Shown: positions 1-12,660 of the stretch, in pieces
Layout: each line of letters starts with the position of its first letter
Numbering within the stretch: position 1 is the stretch's first letter
Assembly: GCF_009914755.1 (NCBI RefSeq)
Contig: NC_060933.1
From: the human T2T-CHM13v2.0 reference genome, Homo sapiens
Strand: one strand, 5' to 3'
Length of the DNA stretch: 64,000 nt
The notes under the pieces: model-generated
Seen by the model: the letters and a program-made list of their open reading frames with translations, nothing else
The model's database searches: none
What the model was told of the DNA's origin: nothing
Translations under genes and position numbers: made by a program

Positions 1-1610
1 ATCTTGGTGTGAAAAAGACTATGCCTTATATTACAGGTTAATGTGAATCTTAGCCAACTAAAGTTGGTCAAAATCTAACTAAATGCTAGTTAGAATCACA
101 AAATATTAGCCCTCTGAGATTTAGTTATAAGACTTGCCCCAGGTTACGTAAGTGAAATGACAGAGTCGACAGAGAGAAATCCAGGTCTCCAGATTGCTGG
201 CCCAGCCCAAGGGCTCCATAAGTCCATGCTGACGCTCTCAAGAGAAACAGCAAAATGCAAATACACAAACAGTCAGAATTAAGAAACAGCTCCAACTGTT
301 CAGCCAATGATACCCCCAGGACAAGCTCTGATACTGAGCAGATACACAGCACAGTGGCTAGCATTGGTTGCTAATATACTGAAATACTTCCACACCAGTT
401 GGAAAATAAACCCTGGTCCATCCACTCCAACCACCCTAGCTGCCCTGGTCCCTCCCTAGGGACCTCCCCATGAGGTCCCTAGTAGTTTTTAAACTACAGG
501 GTTGGTGCCTGGCACAGGAGCAGGCCTCCAGGTCCCCACTCCAGCTCTAGTGCCCGAGTCTTTTCTGAAGGCTGATGCCCATGTTGTACCAGTTGTTAAT
601 TATTTTGAGAATCACCCTTCACAAACCTGCAAGTCACAATCAGAGCCATTCATCAGAAAACTAATTTGCATAAGAGTTCTCTATCTTCCAAATGTATGAA
701 CTTAATTTAAGCCAGGTTTTTCTTTTAAAAAAAAAAAAAAAAAAAAACCTGGCCTACAGTTAATTCTTTTCCTTTCCCACATCTGGCTGCCTGGTTGCAT
801 TATTCATTCATTCACTCAACAAATATTTACACAGCCAGGCAACAGGCTGAACACTGGGATTCGGAACATGTGCCAGTTCCCTACCCCAGAAGTGCCTGCC
901 CATGGTGCTGTACAGGAGCCCAGGTGAGAGGAAGCGGAAAGGTGGATCGTGTAACTCCAACAAACAGAGTAAGTGCCATGATAGAGGGGTGTGTAAAGTG
1001 CTGTGAACCAGAGGAAAACGGGGGACCACACTACTAAGCAGGATCAGGAAAGACTCCAGAGAGAAGGTGACACTAAGATGGCACCTGCAGAGATGTTCAG
1101 GAGTTAGCATGTAAACAAGGAGGGAAAAATCAGTCCAGGCAGATGGAACTACATACACAAAGGCACAGAGAGGTACAAACATGGTGTTTTCAGGAATCTA
1201 TAAGAAATTTGCTATTGCTGGCGACGAAAGAAAATGAGATTGGAAACTTGATTTGGGGCCAGATAAGGAAGGGCCTGCTGTGCCATTTTCTGCGTGAATT
1301 TAAATAGGAACACTTACGAAACACTTGGGATTACATAGTTCTTAAGAGGTGAGCCCTGATAGAGCAAATGAGGCTTCTGGTTTAACAAGCTATGCTTTCT
1401 CAGTTTCGTGTGCAGTGCAAAGACTAATATTCATTGAAGGATATTAATCTGTAACGTGGTAGGCTAAGAACTCCTCCTCCTACCTGTTGTAGGCTCAGTT
1501 ACCAACAAGAAGGCATTTGAGGATCTCTAGATCAAAGGAGTTATCAAATATGTTTCAAAAAAGTGTATGAATCCATTCGCATGTGAATGTCCAATTTCAG
1601 TCAAGCTTAC

Positions 1611-1754
1611 CTTAGAGAAGATGGTTTTGCTGCCTGGTGGCTGTTGAGAAGAGCACTTTTCTGTTATTAAGCCTTCACTCCTGAGCTCAAGATCCTCTGC
1701 AGCCATTAAATAGCAGTTCTGCTGTATTACTTCCAAATCTTTTTCATTGAATTT
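1611..1754 (-). CDS. CDK5RAP2: CDK5RAP2 coding exon (~exon 14, 144 nt): KFNEKDLEVIQQNCYLMAAEDLELRSEGLITEKCSSQQPPGSKTIFSK
   Basis: Overlaps ORF 1527..1736. Acceptor cattag|AAA, donor AAG|gtaagc. Confidence 0.96.
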
Positions 1755-3299
1755 CTAATGAAATAAAACAAATTCTAAGGAAATTGTCATCAAGAAAAAA
1801 AATATTAAGAAACTGTCCCAAACTCCTTAAGGAAAAATATTTTATTTTTTCATAATACTCCTATATCCCCTACATAATTTTCATCATTCCAAAATACTAG
1901 GCAATTACAAAACTGTCATGCAACTCCATTTCTATGCTATTACAACTTGCAGAATAGCTGAATGCCAGCAAAGCAGAGCCAAGGATGGTCGCAGTCGCTA
2001 CAAACCGTCCTCGCTCACCACCACTGTGACTACCTTCCAGTGGGTGTGGAGGACAAAGCCAGGCTCTGACCCAACAGACCTGGTTCCAAACCTAGGTTCA
2101 TCCTGCTCAGGGTGCGATCTGCTTCCAGTCCTGCAGGCTTATGGGGATGATTACAAGACTTGCACATCAAAACCCAACGAAGTCTTAGTCTCTCTTGAAA
2201 TGTTACAAATTTGATAAAACTTGAACTGTCCATATCCAAAAGGAGATCTGACTTCCAGGAAAAAAAGCCAAGACTGCAAATACTGCTTTAGGGTCTGGTC
2301 ACATGTGAAAGGCTCCTTCATGATCACACATGATATGATTCCACTGGCTGAACCCTTCAGAAGATCGAACATTCAACAACACAACAGGACCGGAGACCAT
2401 ATCTCTAGTCTTCTGCATGGAATCTATTCCTAACTATTTAAAATCCTAGTAACTCCTGAACTAGGATTCTGTCCACTCTTGTCAAATATTAAGGGTAAGA
2501 ACCACATCTTATTCCTAAGCACCTAGCAGAATTAATTTATCCTTTCAAATTTTTATAAGAAATTAGGTGAACACAAACAAAAAAATTAAGGCAATTCTTT
2601 ATAAAAACCCATTGAACTGTAATAGAAAGAACTAGGAATCAAATAACCAATACTGACTTTCTAGAATTGTCACAATACAGTTGTGCTTAAATTACACTAT
2701 TCATTTTCATTTTTCTAAAGTCCAATTATAGATATACATAGTTTAACAGTCAAATAGTACTACAGGCTTAAATGGAAAATGGTGTCCTCTCCCTCTCCTC
2801 TCTTCTCACCTCTCAAATCCCACTCCCAGAGAAAAACAACTTGCAACTCTTTAGCTATTTCTTCTGCTATATACCTCCATGTTTCTATATTACATTCCTA
2901 TTCTTACATGGCTTGGTTTCTTAAGTTTAGATTCTACCTACTGGCTCCTGCCATAGAAGTTTAAGGATTCAGCTCTTACATCCTCTGTCCCTCAACCCTT
3001 TTCCTAATAATATCCCAATTTCAGTTAAATCAATATTCTGCATTTACATTATAGCCACGCAGATACTGCTCATAACTTAGCCATATGGTGTTCCGTGATC
3101 ACACATCAAAAAATTGACCATCTGCATTTTAGTTTCTTAGAGAAATCCCAACTGAAGTCCTCCTCAAGAGTTCAAATCTGGGCTTTCTACCTAAGCAGCT
3201 CAGCTCTCATCCCAGGACTTCCCTTCACCACATGCCATGTGAATTCCCTACTTTGTGGAACCCATGTCTCTCTCTTTCGGTTATTCTCTCCCATTTGGT

Positions 3300-4481
<1,182 letters not shown>

Positions 4482-5623
4482 TAGGGGTTAGAAGTGCTCA
4501 GCAGCTCTGAGAGTGTGGAAAGGACCTGTCAAAGGTGGCCTCACAGTGAGGTGCGCAGGTAGAGGCCCAGGTATTTTGCTGGAGGACCCCCAATTGTCAG
4601 CATTTTTCAGTTGTTTCTCCTCTCTGAGGCATCTCACTGCTGGGCATGCACACTTCCACTCCCTCCCTGTTTTCACTTAAGTGGTCACTCCTGCTTTCAG
4701 TTACATCTGGTGACCCCATGGCCAGAGATTCTCTGGTTTAAGGTCTCCAGAGATCTCCTGCTGGTGAGGAGAGTGTCACCTCTAACTGCTTAGAATTACA
4801 GCCAGTCTCCCATTTTTAAAGTTACCAGGTATAGCCAATGCATGCTATGCCTTTCTGGGGTTCTGCAGCATAAACCAGCTTGCTTCTTGTTGGCTTTTTG
4901 TCCCAAAGGCATGTAGCTGTGTGGAGAAAGCTGAATCCTATGCCCTTAACACTTGCCCATCCACTTAGCCAAATTTTTTTTTCTTTGTTTTTTTCTTTTT
5001 ACCTCTTTCGTCTACAAGCCACACTTATCCAAAATTCTGTTGACAACTCACACTTGCTATTATACCTGCTTCTATTCTCCTAGTTAGTCCCTGTGGGTTT
5101 ATACCTTTTTATTCTTTCATTGTTATTTTAATGAGGTTTCTGTAGGAAGCAGAGTTAAATGCCTATGTTTACTCCATCATGGTTATCTGTAAGTCTGAGG
5201 TGAATTTCAAAAACTCACGACATGATCAAACAAGAAGGGTACTCCTAAAGAAAAAGGAACAGTTAGAGAAAAAGTACAGGGGAATGAAAGAGCATGGTAT
5301 AAATAAGTAACAGGAAGTATTTGCAGTAGAAGAACCTCAGTGAAGTGGCCTGAGCACTAGGGCAAAACAAGCCAGAGTGTGAATCCAGGCTCTGCTATTT
5401 AGTCGTCATATGACCCAGGATATGTTTCTTCCCTTCTCTGAGTTTCTGTTTCACCACACTTACCTCCCTGGTGGCTGAAGCCCAAATGACATAATTAAAG
5501 CTCTAAAGTATTCTGAAACATAGCAATGATTACTGTAATCATAAATATTTCTGCAAAAGAATTATTTTTTAAAAAAATCAACCCATGCCAAATTAAAAAA
5601 TTTAAATACAAAAGTTACAGTAC

Positions 5624-5794
5624 CTGAAGCAACACGTCCTTCTGATTGGTACTTTCTGTTAGATGTTTGATCACTTGCTCTTGATTGTGCAATTTTTTAT
5701 TGCTTTCACTCAGAAGACTCTTGTAACGATTTTCCATTGCTTTCTCTCTTTCATTCACTTCATTGCGTAATTTTTCAACTTCATTTCTAAGATC
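5624..5794 (-). CDS. CDK5RAP2: CDK5RAP2 coding exon (~exon 13, 171 nt): DLRNEVEKLRNEVNEREKAMENRYKSLLSESNKKLHNQEQVIKHLTESTNQKDVLLQ
   Basis: Manual translation. Acceptor ctggtag|GAT, donor CAG|gtactg. Confidence 0.95.
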
Positions 5795-7449
5795 CTACCA
5801 GAAGAAAATGAAAAAATGGAATTTACTTGACAAAAATTTCAATCTCTTATGTGTTTGACTTGCTAAATTACTGCTACAAGAGAGCAAGATAATAGATGTA
5901 TTTAAGGGAGTATACAAGTGTATATTTAAATCCTTCTCACTTAAATTCTTACAAAAACCACTATAAGAATAATCTGAAATTTGGCAAAAGATTTATGAAC
6001 AGATATTTATCACAACATTATTTAAAATGCTGGAAAACCAGAAAGAAACTAGACAGTCAACAACAGAGAAATAATTATAAAGAGTACGGTATTTAAAAAA
6101 CACACACCCACAATTATGAGTCAAAACAAACCAGAGTATCAAACTGTACAGATAATAAGATGCTCATTATTTTCTAAATGTTAATACAAATGTCATAAGG
6201 CTGAGGTAACACATCAAAACAACAACAGTATATCTAAGTAGAGGAATTGTGGGTAATTTTCCATTTTTTTTACTTATTTTTCTAAGTTTCCACAATTTCT
6301 AAATAATCCTGTATTATCTTCATAATCAGGAAAAAAACTGTCTTAATACCATTTACAAAGAATTTATAATAACATAAAAAAAGTTCATGTTATTCCCATG
6401 TTACAGAAAAAGGAAAAAAAAACCGTATACAGAATGATTGTGACTACCTTTAAATATGTACTATTTGCAATACTGAAGCACTATTCATAATAGCAAAAGG
6501 CTGTGAACAATCCAAATGTCCACCAACAGAGGAATAAACTATGGTACATTCTCACAATGGAGCACTCTTAAGCTATAAAGGAAAAGGAATGAGGACTCTT
6601 TCTCTCTATAAATATACTGCCCTAAAGTAATCTTCAGAATATTTTGTTAAGTGTGTGTGGCAGCAGCAGAGACCCAAGAGAAATAAGTATGGATAGCATA
6701 CTGCCATTTATTTAACCATAAAACAAATTAAATGACTGCCTATAAGGTATAAGAGAGAACAAGGTAGAAGGGACAAAGATAGAAACTAAAACTCATTTTA
6801 CAGATGTGACGTTGCAATCATTTAAACGTTTATACAATTATCTTAAAAATAAAATAAAAATCCCATAAAACTGAAAAAAGAGCAAGCAAACAAATGAATC
6901 TAACTTTGTAACCAGTTAACTGGTTAACCAAACAGACAGAAATTGTTCCAATAACTTTGAAGCAGAATAATTTGTACATCCCTAGTGGGATATTTCTCTA
7001 AGTACAAAAGAGGTTGTAAAAAAATCTTAAACTGTTTTTAGTAATCATGTTATAAGTAATGATATTGGTAATGTTATTCTGAAACTGTGTGAGTATATAT
7101 AACATATATATTTATTAAACAATTATTGTCATAAAACCCAAAACTTTAAGTAGAAAAGAAATACAAACATAGAAGAAGTTAAAACTTGTCACTCTAAATT
7201 TGAATTTGAAATATCAATATGAACTTCTATTTTCTGTCGTTTCCTTTCTTTCACTAAAAAAGCCTAGAATTGGTGTCCTCCCTGGTATCCAGACTATAGT
7301 CTCTAAACGCCTTTTCCTATAAAAAAGATCAGGGTTCTTCAAAGCAGTGGTTCTAAAGTATAGTCCCTAGAACAGCATAATCAGTATCACCTGCATATAT
7401 GCAAATATATCACTGGTTCTGAGGATGGAAAGGGGACTCAGACCAAGAA

Positions 7450-7660
7450 ATCAGGTAGGCTCTAGGAGCTGGAAAAGGCAAGGAACTGACTCTCCTCTAG
7501 AGCCTTCAGGAGGAATGCAGCCCTGCCGACACCTTGATTTTAGTCCAGTGGGACCCATTTGAGACTTCTGACTTCTAGAATTGCAAGATAATAGATTTGT
7601 ATTGTTAAGCCACCAAGTTTGTGGTAATTTGTTGCAGCAGCAATAGAAGCTAATAATACA
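7450..7660 (+). mobile_element. MLT1 (MaLR) LTR 3' portion
   Basis: GGAGCTGGAAAAGGCAAGGAA...GTGGTAATTTGTTGCAGCAGCAATAGAAGCTAAT is a typical MLT1 3' end. Confidence 0.75.
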
Positions 7661-8146
7661 GCCACCATTGGAGGATTCTAGGGAACTTGTTTTCACTTTC
7701 CTGTATGAGCTGCACCTCAGGGTAACTAAATAGGTGATGAAAAACCAAGTTTCTCTTTATAGACGTATTCAGCTATAAAAGAAGGAATAATGAAATCAAA
7801 TTATCACCATTTGCAAATGATCAATAGCTAGTAACATCACAAAAAGAGGGACTATCAAATATTTGAAAGTACAAATGACCATTTATGATGTAACATTGCC
7901 AAAAAATTTAACCTGAATTTGACCATGCATCTTATCTAAACTACCACTTTAGATGGTAGTTAGACTGTTTACCAGAAACAGTCAACAGAGAAATAAGTCA
8001 AATGACATTACAGAAACAGTCAGCAAAATCCATAATGTGAAAAACTCTAAAGAACAAACAACCCAACATATTCAACAAACAAATTACATGGGGTAAAAAA
8101 AGGAGGGAGAACCTGCTTACTTATTAAACAATAAGTTTAAAAGTTA

Positions 8147-8452
<306 letters not shown>

Positions 8453-9074
8453 CTATCAGTCTGAATTCATGATCACACACACACACAGAGAATTGGAAAG
8501 ACATAGAAATATAAATATACATGTTTGTATGCATGTGTCAATACACATATTTCAGCTCTGTACACTGACAAATCCTAGAGGCAATAACACTCCAGTAGTA
8601 ATGAGGATACCTATCATTCACATCTTGGTTTCTAAATATCATTTTCCAATAAAAGAAACCAGTGTTTCTTGGGCAAATACTTGATTCCAGACCTGGAGCA
8701 GGGAAAACATAATACGAAATGAGCCTAGGAGATCTTGTGCTCCTAGAAAGCAAGGAATTGCTCAAAAAATGAGGAGTCATGTTGAAAAGGCACAGGAATC
8801 AATTTGAAGGAGCTCCCAATGGCCAAGTCTGGGTCAATCTGAACAATAAAATAAATAATGATAGTAATGGCTTATAACTTATAGAGTAAAACAGTATCTG
8901 CAAGTCCATACTGATAGAAACAAATAACTAATAAACAAATGCAGGAGGAGGAAGAGGACAGCTCTTCCTCATGGTAGACATAATACAACTAATAAGAATA
9001 GAAGGAAAGATAGAAAAAGAAAATAACAACTAGGTAAACACCACAGTAATAACTGTTGCAGGTAAGAATCATCA

Positions 9075-9427
9075 GGCGGCGCCGGAGGCCCCAGAAGGGT
9101 CGAAGGCGCCGCGGGCTGGGGTCGGTGGCTTAGGGAGCCCGTCTGGCCATGGTGGCCGCGGCTGGTGGTTGGCGCGGCTGCGCTGCGGCCCGGGGCAGTG
9201 CGGAGCCAGGACAGTCGCGGCGCTGACGCCCGCGGGCCCCAGCTGCAGATATGAAGCGGAGCCGCTGCCGCGACCGACCGCAGCCGCCGCCGCCCGACCG
9301 CCGGGAGGATGGAGTTCAGCGGGCAGCGGAGCTGTCTCAGTCTTTGCCGCCGCGCCGGCGAGCGCCGCCCGGGAGGCAGCGGCTGGAGGAGCGGACGGGC
9401 CCCGCGGGGCCCGAGGGCAAGGAGCAG
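9075..9427 (+). other. MAST2: Transduced MAST2 5'UTR/exon 1 copy (CpG island) spliced to SVA
   Basis: 9251-9427 encodes MKRSRCRDRPQPPPPDRREDGVQRAAELSQSLPPRRRAPPGRQRLEERTGPAGPEGKEQ, the recalled MAST2 N-terminus. It ends at GAGCAG|CCGCCTGCC, the SVA Alu-like splice acceptor. Very CpG dense. Confidence 0.92.
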
Positions 9428-9479
9428 CCGCCTGCCTTGGCCTCCCAAAGTGCCGAGATTGCAGCCTCTGCCCGGCTGC

Positions 9480-11215
9480 CACCCCGTCTGGGAAGTGAGG
9501 AGTGTCTCTGCCTGGCCGCCCATCGTCTGGGATGTGAGGAGCCCCTCTGCCTGGCTGCCCAGTCTGGAAAGTGAGGAGCGTCTCCGCCCGGCCGCCATCC
9601 CATCTAGGAAGTGAGGAGCGCCTCTTCCCAGCCGCCATCACATCTAGGAAGTGAGGAGCGTCTCTGCCCGGCCGCCCATCGTCTGAGATGTGGGGAGCGC
9701 CTCTGCCCCGCCGCCCCATCTGGGATGTGAGGAGCGCCTCTGCCCGGCCGAGACCCCGTCTGGGAGGTGAGGAGCGTCTCTGCCCGGCCGCCCCGTCTGA
9801 GAAGTGAGGAGACCCTCTGCCTGGCAACCACCCCGTCTGAGAAGTGAGGAGCCCCTCCGCCCGGCAGCTGCCCCATCTGAGAAGTGAGGAGCCTCTCCGC
9901 CCGGCAGCCACCCCATCTGGGAAGTGAGGAGCGTCTCCGCCCGGCAGCCACCCCGTCCGGGAGGGAGGTGGGGGGGGGTCAGCCCCCCGCCCGGCCAGCC
10001 GCCCCATCCGGGAGGGAGGTGGGGGGTCAGCCCCCCCGCCCGGCCAGCCGTGCCATCCGGGAGGGAGGTGGGGGGGTCAGCCCCCCGCCTGGCCAGCCGT
10101 GCCATCCGGGAGGGAGGTGGGGGGGTCAGCCCCCCGCCCGGCCAGCCGCCCCGTCCGGGAGGTGAGGGGCGCCTCTGCCCGGCCGCCCCTACTGGGAAGT
10201 GAGGAGCCCCTCAGCCCGGCCAGCCACCCCGTCCGGGAGGGAGATGGGGGGGTCAGCCCCCCCACCCGGCCAGCCGCCCCGTCCGGTAGGGAGGTAGGGG
10301 GGTCAGCCCCCCGCCTGGCCAGCCGCCCCGTCCGGGAGGGAGGTGGGGGGGTCAGCCCTCCGCCCGGCCAGCCGCCCCGTCTGGGAGGTGAGGGGCGCCT
10401 CTGCCCAGCCGCCCCTACTGGGAAGTGAGGAGCCCCTCTGCCCGGCCAGCCGCCCCGTCCGGGAGGGAGGTGGGGGGGTCAGCCCCCCGCCCGGCCAGCC
10501 GCCCTGTCCGGGAGGGAGGTGGGGGGGTCAGCCCTCCGCCCGGCCAGCCGCCCCGTCTGGGAGGTGAGGGGCGCCTCTGCCCGGCTGCCCCTACTGGGAA
10601 GTGAGGAGCCCCTCTGCCCGGCCAGCCGCCCCGTCCGGGAGGGAGGTGGGGGGGTCAGCCCCCCGCCCGGCCAGCCGCCCCGTCCGGGAGGGAGGTGGGG
10701 GGGGGGTCAGCCCCCCCGCCCAGCCAGCCGCCCTGTCCGGGAGGTGAGGGGCGCCTCTGCCCGGCCGCCCCTACTGGGAAGTGAGGAGCCCCTCTGCCCG
10801 GCCAGCCGCCCCGTCCGGGAGGGAGGTGGGGGGGTCGGCCCCCCGCCCGGCCAGCCGCCCCGTCCGGGAGGGAGGTGGGGGGGTCGGCCCCCCGTCCGGC
10901 CAGCCGCCCCGTCCGGGAGGTGAGGGGCGCCTCTGCCCGGCCGCCCCTACTGGGAAGTGAGGAGCCCCTCTGCCCGGCCAGCCGCCCCGTCCGGGAGGGA
11001 GGTGGGGGGGTCAGCCCCCTGCCCGGCCAGCCGCCCCGTTCGGGAGGGAGGTTGGGGGGTCAGCCCCCCGCCCGGCCAGCCGCCCCGTCCAGGAGGGAGG
11101 TGGGGGGGGTCAGCCCCCCTGCCCGGCCAGCCGCCCCGTCCGGGAGGTGAGGGGCGCCTCTGCCCGGCCGCCCCTACTGGGAGGTGGGGAGCCCCTCTGC
11201 CCGGCCACCACCCTG
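9480..11215 (+). repeat. SVA VNTR (GC-rich ~35-50 bp units)
   Basis: Repeated GGGAAGTGAGGAGCCCCTCTGCCCGGCC and CCGTCCGGGAGGGAGGTGGGGGGGTCAGCCCCCC units. Boundaries approximate. Confidence 0.92.
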
Positions 11216-11731
11216 TCTGGGAGGTGTGCCCAACAGCTCATTGAGAACGGGCCAGGATGACAATGGCGGCTTTGTGGAATGGAAAGGCGGGAAAGGTGGG
11301 GAAAAGATTGAGAAATCGGATGGTTGCCGTGTCTGTGTAGAAAGAAGTAGACATGGGAGACTTTTCATTTTGTTCTGCACTAAGAAAAATTCCTCTGCCT
11401 TGGGATCCTGTTGATCTGTGACCTTACCCCCAACCCTGTGCTCTCTGAAACATGTGCTGTGTCCACTCAGGGTTGAATGGATTAAGGGCGGTGCAAGATG
11501 TGCTTTGTTAAACAGATGCTTGAAGGCAGCATGCTCGTTAAGAGTCACCACCACTCCCTAATCTCAAGTAATCAGGGACACAAACACTGTGGAAGGCCGC
11601 AGGGTCCTCTGCCTAGGAAAACCAGAGACCTTTGTTCACTTGTTTATCTGCTGACCTTCCCTCCACTATTGTCCCATGACCCTGCCAAATCCCCCTCTGT
11701 GAGAAACACCCAAGAATTATCAATAAAAAAA

Positions 11732-11778
<47 letters not shown>

Positions 11779-12057
11779 ATCATCAATGGATGCTAGAATT
11801 CTTCAAAGTATGACGAGAAGCAGGATATTCATATAGTCTCAAAAGATCTCCCCACAAAATTAATTATAAAGGGAATAAAATAGTGACTTTATAGTGAAGA
11901 AACCCAGAAGATTCCACTTTAACCAAGTGACTAGCACTAACCTCATCAATAATGACAGACTGACATTACGCACCTCCAAATACAATACACTAAGAAGAGC
12001 ACATCACTTCCATGCTATTCTTGCCAAAAACACATAACCTCAATCTAATCATGAGAG

Positions 12058-12660
12058 TGTTGGGAGAAAAGCTGAGTGTTGGGAGAAGCTGAGGCAGGGC
12101 TTGATATCTGACATAATGTAAAAGAGTCTTGGAACATGTCCGGGGTTCAGGGTCTAAAACCCCTGTGGCCTTTGGAACACCAAGCTCTGTGCTAAAGGGT
12201 GGAAGGCTACCCTGATGCACCATAATCTAAGCCCAGGGCATAAAACCCCTCGTGGCTTGGATAGAATCCAGGGCTCAAGGCATAAAATCCCTTGTAGCTC
12301 TAGGATGTGTCTAGTCTTGCTGGCTCCTTGCTCTCCCAGGATGGATTGTATCTTGAGTTAAAAGAACCTGCTCTCCGTTATCTCAAGTAGCAGAACATGT
12401 TCCATATGCCGCAAAGGAAATGCTAAACTGTCACAGCTGTGGATCACGTGCTTGCCCTTTCCCATATTCTCACCACCTGTTTCTTTGTTTGATCACCAAT
12501 AAATAGTCTGGGCTTCCAGAGCTCCAGGCCTTCCCAGCCTCCATACTTAGCGATGGCCCCCTAGTGCCACTTTCTCTCTCAAACTGTCTTTTCTCATTCC
12601 TTTGACTCCGACGGACTTCATTGCCCCCACGACCTGGTGTTGGGTCTGATCACCCCAACA
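12058..12660 (+). mobile_element. Solo ERVK-class LTR (LTR14B-like)
   Basis: TGTTGGG...CCCAACA inverted termini, ~600 bp, AATAAA at 12498-12503, 6-bp TSD TGAGAG/TAAGAG (1 mismatch). Subfamily from recall. Confidence 0.8.

Larger units (their letters stand above)
9075..11776 (+). mobile_element. SVA_F1 (MAST2-SVA / CpG-SVA) retrotransposon, antisense to CDK5RAP2 in intron 12
   Basis: MAST2 exon-1 leader replaces the CCCTCT hexamer. Alu-like remnant from 9428, GC-rich VNTR, SINE-R (~11216-11725), AATAAA 11722-11727, poly(A) to 11776. TSD AAGAATCATCA at 9064-9074 and 11775-11785. Confidence 0.97.

Noticed and set aside
9075-9427. A resident MAST2 gene or independent CpG-island gene promoter
   Set aside because: It lies inside the SVA TSDs, is fused at a splice junction, and no further MAST2 exons are present.
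9950-11215. CRISPR-like repeat array
   Set aside because: Human DNA, no unique spacers, no cas genes. It is the SVA VNTR.
8969-11244. Long overlapping ORFs (up to 311 aa) on both strands
   Set aside because: They arise from the stop-poor GC-rich SVA VNTR and CpG leader, with low-complexity P/G/R translations. Only 9251..9574 has a genuine start.
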